A DNA stretch of 47,516 nucleotides from assembly GCA_943704425.1 (NCBI GenBank), contig CALSCP010000579.1:25584-73099 (forward strand). The letters are read 5' to 3'. The translations under genes were made by a program, and so were the position numbers. A model generated the notes under the pieces. The model did not search any database, had not been told where the DNA came from, and worked only from the letters and a program-made list of their open reading frames with translations. This DNA comes from Ministeria vibrans ATCC 50519 (taxonomy: Eukaryota > Protista > Filasterea). Below are positions 39,968-47,516 of the stretch, in pieces; position 1 is the first letter of the stretch; every line of letters begins with the position of its first letter.

Positions 39968-41198
39968 TCAATCGAGGCGAAAAGGGCGATTGTCAATGGG
40001 TTCGTCCCACGTGGAGTGGCGGTGAAGCAGGTCGACGAACCCGTCGGGGGGACACTCGAGCCACTTGCGTGTGAACAGCAGACACATGTGCGGTCGACAA
40101 CGGTGGTAGCCAAAGTAGAATCTACGAATAGTGAGTCCTCCTCTCTGTCTCTATGTGTGTGTGTGTGTGTCGATACCTGGATCGAGGTATTCTCTTCATG
40201 AGTGCCTCGTAGCGGGTGGCGTTGCAGCAAAACTCCTGCGGATGGTCGATGGTGGAACTGTGGCCTTCGTAGTACCAGTTGGTGTAGGTGAGGGAGTAGG
40301 GTCGGTGTGTAGCGGGTGCAGTCAGATTAAATGTGCGCATGAAGTTGGGGAAAAAGTGTTCATCTGGAATGAGGTCAAACGTCGCGAGAAAGGTGTCGAT
40401 CCAAGCAGTGCGAGCGTCGCTGCTGAAGAACTCGCGTGCGTGAGAACGGTGCAGCGCCCACCACTGGGAGCCCTTGACAAAGCTGTCAAGGGTCACGCCG
40501 ATGGTGTTCTTGCGAAAGCGACGCTGAAAGCCAGAGAAGCCGTGCTGGTTGGCCTCGAGAAAGGACACGCCGGCGTTGTGGGTGAAGAAGAAGTCATAGA
40601 TGAAGGCAAAGGAGCGTGCGGGCAGACAGGTCGACGAGAGCAAGACAAACTGGGTGTTGGCAGGGTCATCGTCAAGGGCTGCCTGCAGCAGCTTCAGCTC
40701 GGCACGCACCAGAGTCGGCGAACCCCACGACGTGGCGATGGGCCCGGCGACTTCGCGGGTGGCGAAGAGCGAGTCGCGTGCAAAGCGCACTCCCGGCGCC
40801 GTGTGCACGTACACGTTGTAGCGCCCGTCTGCCGTGTGGTTGTCGGTGAGGAAGGCTCGCCAGGCGCCCTCGAGTGCGTCGAGATGCGACGTGTTGTGCG
40901 CGAGAAAGAGGAAGGCAATCTTGGGCGTGGGCGGTCCACTCGCCGACAGAGCCTTCTCCTCGAGGGGATTGGGAGCCACGGACACCCGCGGCGCCTGGAC
41001 GTCGTCGTCATCGTCGTCGTTAGCATCCTCGTCAACTGCAGCGACGTCGTCGGCGTGCACGGCCGGCAGCGTCCAGGTCCGTCGAGGGTGGGCAACAGCG
41101 TCTTCGCCTGACTCTGTGCGGTAATCTCGACGGAAAGCGAGAAGCAGCACTGCTACGACAGCAATGACGAAGAGCCACTGTCTATAAGCGCGTCTCAT
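39968..41198 (-). CDS. Core-2/I-branching (GT14/DUF266-like) glycosyltransferase, type II membrane protein, 2 exons
   Basis: N-terminal TM, KIAFLFL, YNVYVH, WGSPTLVRAELKLLQAAL.DPAN..FVLLS..C.P, KGSQWWALHRSHA, PDEHFF and LTYTNW. The second exon supplies CLLFTRK. Confidence 0.9.
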
Positions 41199-41511
41199 AC
41201 AAATATAAATAATAACAATATAAAATCTATAAAATTAATTAATCTTATAATCTTATTCCTTGTGTTGTGCTTGAGTTGTTGAAAAGGAACATTATAAATA
41301 CATAAATTGTTAAGTTCATCTGATGTGATGGGGATGTACCCAATTACCCATTAAAGAGGTAGACGAATATATGAAAAGCCTGTGAAAATATTTTCAGAAC
41401 TGACCGAGGATCGATCAATTCAAACGCAAGACGTAACGTTACTCGTCACTCACAATTCACAAATCACAAATCATTATCAATTAACATTTATAAATTCGGA
41501 TTGAGCCAAGG

Positions 41512-41631
41512 ATGGCTGCTGTATCACAACACACGCTGCGCGTCATGCGGCTGTACAGAGCAGCGCTGAAGAACTCGCTCGATACGATCGTGCTGCGTCC
41601 GCTGTGGCGAGAGGAAGCACTCGCCATCAGA
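41512..41631 (+). CDS. NDUFB9: First exon of a complex I B22/NDUFB9 (LYR-family) subunit; remaining exons not present
   Basis: MAAVSQHTLRVMRLYRAALKNSLDTIVLRPLWREEALAIR followed by a GTACGC donor resembles NDUFB9 (H..V.RLY+.AL+....W.V.R...R.....R). Confidence 0.8.
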
Positions 41632-42054
41632 GTACGCCGCTCCCCACCACCATCGCCCTCCCTTGCGTCGTCCTTCCCTTCGTCCGCTTTTCTCTCTCTC
41701 CCTTTCTTTCTTTCTTTCTTCTCTCTCTCTCTTTCGCTCTCTCTCTCTTTTTTTTTTTTTTTTTTTTTTTTTGAAAACTCGTTTCAAACTGTCGCAACAC
41801 CACTGTCGCTCTTCACGGCGTGCACGAGCAGGATACGTCGATCGTGTGCGTGGCAGGGCGTGTAGCCGGGGCAAAGCGCAAGGGACAAGGGCAAACGTGT
41901 GTTTTACAAGTGGCGAAAATGTGTTCGTCGAAGAGACAGACGAGACGCACAGAGAGACGTTTTGTCTTGTGTGTCTGAAACACTCGACTTGGCTCGAGCT
42001 TTCTTCTTCTGCTCCCAAGACATGCCATTACTGACCTGGATCCTATTTTAATAG

Positions 42055-42525
42055 ACATTTGACACAAACCGGACTGGCATTGCTGCTCTCTACGTAAGAA
42101 ACGCGAATGCACTGCTGAGTCGCGAATGATTCTGAAAATGTTGCCAGGAAGCCGAAAGTATGCTCACGTTTGAGGGCCAGCAGTTTATGGGCCCAGACGC
42201 GATTGCGGAGAAGCTTGTGTCGCTTGCGTTCCAGACGGTCTCTCATCAGGTACGAGAGTCAAACGCACTAGATTATATTTTAGAACGTAGTCTCACATAA
42301 AATTATTATTATTATTTTTGTCTTGGGCCTCTCTTTTAGGTGACCACTGTGGACTGTCAGCCGTCGCCAGGCAACGGCGTCGTCATCTTCGTGATTGGAC
42401 AGCTGCTCACGGATAACGAAGAGCATCCCATGTCCTTCTCACAGGTGTTCCATCTCCAGCAAAACGCATCGGGCGCCTACTTTTGCTTCAATGACATTTT
42501 CCGTCTCAACGTTCACTCTTCGTAA
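42055..42525 (+). CDS. NUTF2: Nuclear transport factor 2, three exons; first exon not found
   Basis: TFDTNRTGIAALY|EAESMLTFEGQQFMG..I.EKL.SL.F|VTTVDCQP..V.GQL..FSQVFHL..NDIFRLN*. Confidence 0.92.
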
Positions 42526-42809
42526 GAGAAGGTCTTCTTCTCTCCTTCGTTTTTTCTTTTCTCTCTCTCACTCAATTGTGAGATGTAACTCGCTATAAAT
42601 TTAAAATGTTCTTTCTACTTTTTACACACACACACACGCTCTCTCTCCACTCTCCTTCGCTCTCTCTTCTCTCCGCGCTAACACTGAATGGTCTGAGCCA
42701 GAGCCAACAGTTCCACCGCCTTGTTCATCATGCGTACCACATGTTCATTGTCTGCGTCCACTCCACTGTCCAACAGTCTATTCAACACATAAGTCAGATT
42801 TTGTTTTGG

Positions 42810-44621
42810 TCAAGTTTGTCTCGTTGTTCTGGCGTACGATTGTGATCTGCGTTGGTGCTCATTGGCCATGTCAGTGAGTCTACGCACAAGATCCTCTTCC
42901 ATCTCAGCCAATTGAGCGCCCGTCTGATCTGCACTGTCCACTCCGCACTCAATCTCATTATCGTTCCTCTCCTGCGCACTCGACGGTCCTTCCCTCTGAC
43001 GCGAGTCGTTGTGCTCCGAAGACCACCCATCAACGTCGTTTCTTCTTCTACTGCTTCCACCGTCAATCGCATCGTCGAGTGCACTCTGCATTGCACTCTC
43101 ACAGTGCTCCGTCACATTGGTCAGCGACACTCTTCTCCGGATCACACGTCCTTCTCCCGCCACTCCACTACTACCACCACCACTACTGCTACTACCACCG
43201 CGTCGATTGCCTGGCACACCCACTCGTCCTTCCGCTACCACTGCCTCCACCGCAGCCCCATGCAACACACTTCCGCTCAACGACTCCTTTTCATCATCTC
43301 CACCACCAAAACCTTGCTCATCCACATTCCCAAGGGCCCCACGGGCACCTTTAGTCGCACTGGTAGTGATTGCTGCAGCTGTTGCTGCTGCTGCCGCCGC
43401 CTCGTCCGCTTCGTCGTCATCTGCGTCGGGTGCGTGCAGAAAGGCAACAACACTGCTGTTGCGTCGCAGACGTGGCTCCGCTTTGGGTTTGAAGACGGCT
43501 GCACGAAGGCCGCCTACACGTCGTTTCACAGTTGCCGCAGCAGAGAGACTGTTGGGAGAAGAGGAGCGCAGGAGATCAAGAAGTTCGGCGGCGCCTGAGC
43601 GCAGGCCAATGTCAAGGTCGGGATCGTGAGCGAGCAAGTCGAGTACCGAGGTGGAACCGTCGCGCGTGAGCTGAGCAATCACCGACGCAGGATTGTCGTG
43701 GTGCGCGAGTAGGCCCGAGACGGCGCGAATAGCGTGACGCACAATAGTGGGATCCTCGGCCTTGAGAAGAGTTGTAAGGTCCGCCATGGCAGCATTGAGA
43801 GCCGTGACGTTGCGAGAGTGCAGGGCCAAGTTGGCCAGGCCACGCGCCGAGTGGCGTAAAATGCGCGTGTCCGCGTGCCGTTCGCGTGCAAGGCGTGAAA
43901 AGGCCGCGAGCCATGCCGGGTGGGTGGTGGCGGCGCACTCGGCGGAGACGGAGAGGTTTGCGGCGGCGCAGGTCGCGTACGAGAGTGTCACGCCATGGCT
44001 CGAGCGTTTCAGGAGCGATTCAAGGGCGCCGTGCAGGGCACAGTCTTCCTGGATGATGGCACTGCGTGCAAGATCGCTGTTGAGTGTGAGGAAGGCGAGG
44101 ACACGGCAGGCAAGCCGTTGCAGAGTGGGCTCGGCGGACGCGGCCACGTTGAGCAGCATGCGCAGACCGCCGCCAATGTCCGTCACAATGGCGAGTTGGT
44201 TGTGAGGCTCGATGGCCAGGTCGGCGAGTGCCCGGAGCGAAAGGGAGCGCACGGGAGTGGAAAGAGACTCACCGGCGAGCAGGAGTAGCGGACGCAGACA
44301 GCCGTCTTGGCCCATGCGATCGCGCACCGATTTGGCCTTGGATTTGGCTAAGAGACAGAGAGCGCCCGCCGCATTCATGTGTACCGTATCCTTGACGCTG
44401 TGAAGCATAAGCGACACGAGGACGCGCACACAGCCGGCGTCAATGAGCTGTAGACACACCTGATCGATGCGCACCAGTTGAAGGAGAGCGCCCGACACAT
44501 GATAATGCATTTCATGGTCGGGCGAGTAGCCAAGACGCAGCAATGCCTCAAAACCCCCGTAGCGTACGAGTCCGTCGAGGGTGACAGAGCGTGCAACATT
44601 CGACTCGTTGCTGTTTTGAGA

Positions 44622-44656
<35 letters not shown>

Positions 44657-45134
44657 CAGCGGCGGCAGCAGCAGCGACTTTGGTTTGCGATTGAATGCAA
44701 AGACGCGTTGCGTCGTCGGCGAATTGCTGGGCGGCCGCGCGACGCTCAGTGACATGGTCGCTGAGGGCACGTGCGACGAGGCTTGCCACGGGATAACAGT
44801 CGACACAGACGCGCTGCGCTGACGAATACTCGAATTGAGGCAGGGGAGTTCGCGCGTCGCAACAGACGCCGCAACACACGCGACCGCAGCAGCGGCAGTG
44901 GTGGCGTCTGTTGATGGCGGTAAACTCAGTTTCGCAGACGGCACAGCCGGTGCGGAAGGCGTCCGCCTCCCAATTTGGACGAGTCAGGCGCAACGTCGAG
45001 TCGAAGGATGTGATGGTGCAACCGCCGTCAAACGGACGAGGCTGCGGAATCAAGGGTCCCGGCGAGATGGGACTGTCAAGGCCTTCGTCAAGGTCGTCCG
45101 ACAGAGATCGTACTGGTCGGGGGAGGGCGGTCAT
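42810..45134 (-). CDS. FYVE-domain plus Armadillo-repeat protein, intronless
   Basis: FYVE signature WEAD..CAVC..F..RRHHCRCCG.V.C..C..RVC..CY, then ARM-like repeats (GCVRVLVSLM..NAAGALCLLA; HSARGLANLA) and a low-complexity C-terminus. Confidence 0.88.
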
Positions 45135-45342
45135 AAAAAATATGCAATACATTATACATTTAACATTATAAGAACAATTTGAAATGAATTTTGATCTCTG
45201 TACTCACTACTGTCTCTATGAGATATGATAGATACAATCATAAAAATCAGTACCATTCATCAAAGACGTCATTGAGAAACCAGGTATGAGATATTGAGCA
45301 ATTCAATTTTTATTTTATTTTTATTCATCTCTTTTTGACTGT

Positions 45343-46164
45343 ATGAACCACCCTCGACTGTTTGGGTCACACAAGGTTGTGACCAAGGATGCAGGCCGTC
45401 GTGTCGAGTGGAGTAAGTGTCTGAAACCAAACAGTAACAAATAAACTTGTCTGTGACTGTCCTCTTGTGTGTTGTTGCGCAGGCGACGACGACGGCCCTG
45501 CCAGCGCAGACGACGAGGGTGAACTCCTGCCGTCGGTGGCTACGAGTCACTTTCAACGTGCTCTTGCCGCCCCGCTGTCCCTGACGCATGTCCTGCCGCC
45601 TCCTTCGCGCAAGACAGGTGAGTCGTTTAGTTGTCTTGATTTCGTTTTCGGCGCGTCTTTCGAACCGTTCCTTCGCTTCCGCCCACCACGGCCTCTTCGC
45701 ACCCACTGGCACTTCCTACTCACTTATCCGAACCTAAACACAGGCCGTAAGCGCGTCTCGACCGGCCTCCAAGGCATTACGGCCGCCGACATGGAAGAGG
45801 GCGACAGTCTGTCGTCCACTGGCTTTGACAGCGAGCCAGCGCCGCCTCCCAAGCGAATTCGCGCCACACCCGGCAGCGCACACACTACTGCTTTAAACAA
45901 TGACATTGTGGACGATGAAGACGACATTGAAGAAGACTCCGTAAGTTCCTACACTCTCGTGCTGAAAATGATGACACCTCGATCACTTTGTCTCTTTCCC
46001 CCTTCTCTCTTTCTATCACTTTGTTTCTTCCCCCCTCCTCTCTCTCTATCACTTTGTCTCTTTCCCCCTCTTCTCTCTCTATCACTTTGTTTCTCCCCCC
46101 CTCCTCTCTCTCCATCACTTTGTTTCTTTCCCCCTCCTCTTTCTATCACTTTGTTTCTTTCCCC

Positions 46165-46200
<36 letters not shown>

Positions 46201-47322
46201 CAGCTCCAAGGTTCTCTTGCTCCTGCTCCACCCCTGCACACACCTGTCACGTCCGGCGCAAGCGACCAATCTGTCGAAAGAGAACATGCATCGCAACAAC
46301 AGAGCGAACGAGACGACATCACCGCTGAAGGGTACAATACCATCGCAATTCATGAGATGTTTTATACTTTTTCGTTCTTTCCAGTCTGTTTACACCGTCA
46401 GCCTTCATTGCCTCCCTCACACCCACTTTGTCACGACCAAAACATCAACATGCAAGTGGCTCGACGACGGCGACGACGACGACGGCGACATCCTCGACGG
46501 TGCGACGTGCACATCAACATCAACACCACCTGGACGCAACACCCGTTCATCCGAAAGCAGATGATGCTGAGGACACGGATCAGATTGACTCGGACGATTC
46601 GCAACCGGACACCGAAGATCAACACCAAGACGGTCCCATTCGCCCCTTTCGTCTGCCCAACTCACCTTCGTCACCGGCTCGTCGTGCTCCCGTTGTGCCC
46701 ATTGTTCTCACTGCACTCAACCTCGCCCAAAGACCTACTCCCCGCTCGGGCTGGGCTGCTAACCTTGATCTCGATGCCTGCCGACGTAATATACATCTAA
46801 ATATTTTAACTCTTTCTAAAACGTTCTCTCTACTAGCAACCACTTCACACACAAGCGGCTCGCCCGAACAACCACAGCCAGACAGTGCAAAGAAGCGCAA
46901 ACGAAAACGACGTCCTGTCGCTGGCGGACTGGCCGAACAGTGTGAGCATTTGAACGCACTAGCGATCTCGGACAAGACGTTTTGGCGTCACAAGCTCGCC
47001 GTGTCCTCTAGTAGTACTAGTAGCTTGAGTACATCGGTACTGCCTGAGCTCATGTATGTCCGTGTGCTCTCTGTGCACCTACAGTCGGTACCTTTCTGTG
47101 TTGATTAATTAATAATATTCATTATTATTTACCCGCCTGCCTGATTTAGGGTACCTACTCGACACGCTGTCAAGTGTGGCGCGACTGGAGCAGCGAAGAA
47201 GAGGGTGCAATGGACAGCGGCGTTGAACAGTATGGCAACGTGCAAGACATTGTATTTGCGGAGCCACCAGACACACGTACACTGGTGCGTCCCGGTGTGG
47301 CTCTTGAAATTCACCCTCCATG
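45343..47322 (+). CDS. SPIDR-like DNA-repair scaffold; multi-exon, continues past the window end
   Basis: Disordered acidic N-terminal exons, then GGLAEQCEHLNALAISDKTFWRHK..MYVRVL..IVF..LEIHPPW, resembling SPIDR (GGLAERLNGLQNRERSAISLWRHQ..LTVKIL..VLF..VRIFPPW). Exon boundaries are approximate. Confidence 0.62.
45981..46197. repeat. Tandem array (~6 copies) of the ATCACTTTGT.TCT.TCCCC.CCTCTCTCT unit, in an intron
   Basis: Directly visible. Confidence 0.92.
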
Positions 47323-47334
47323 GTAAAAGCAATC

Positions 47335-47516
<182 letters not shown>

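Overview
Gene-dense eukaryotic nuclear DNA with short spliceosomal introns (GT-AG, one GC-AG), AT-rich spacers and many microsatellites; it is not prokaryotic and has no CRISPR array. Genes were recognised by eye from motif similarity. In order: SMG8 (runs off the left end), NOP2, ECSIT-like, vinculin/alpha-catenin family, ATG7, glutamine synthetase III, His-box desaturase-like (ends at an N gap), AAC4-like protein, mitochondrial uS15, OGG1, an unknown membrane protein, a triple-repeat double zinc-finger protein, NADK2, an SR splicing factor, mitochondrial RRF, RBM18, GCP2 (3' truncated), Ariadne RBR ligase (3' truncated), PEX3, DNALI1/p28, a GT14/DUF266 glycosyltransferase, NDUFB9 exon 1 followed by NTF2 exons, a FYVE-ARM protein and a SPIDR-like gene (runs off the right end). 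This content suggests a flagellated protist, plausibly related to animals (inference). The notable observations are two broken-gene junctions at simple repeats (probably assembly collapses, though one gives an in-frame NDUFB9-NTF2 splice), an unrecognised 3x zinc-finger/helical module, a dispersed ~30-bp microsatellite-linked repeat, same-strand gene spacings of 55-78 bp, and animal-associated genes (ECSIT, SPIDR) in a seemingly non-animal genome.
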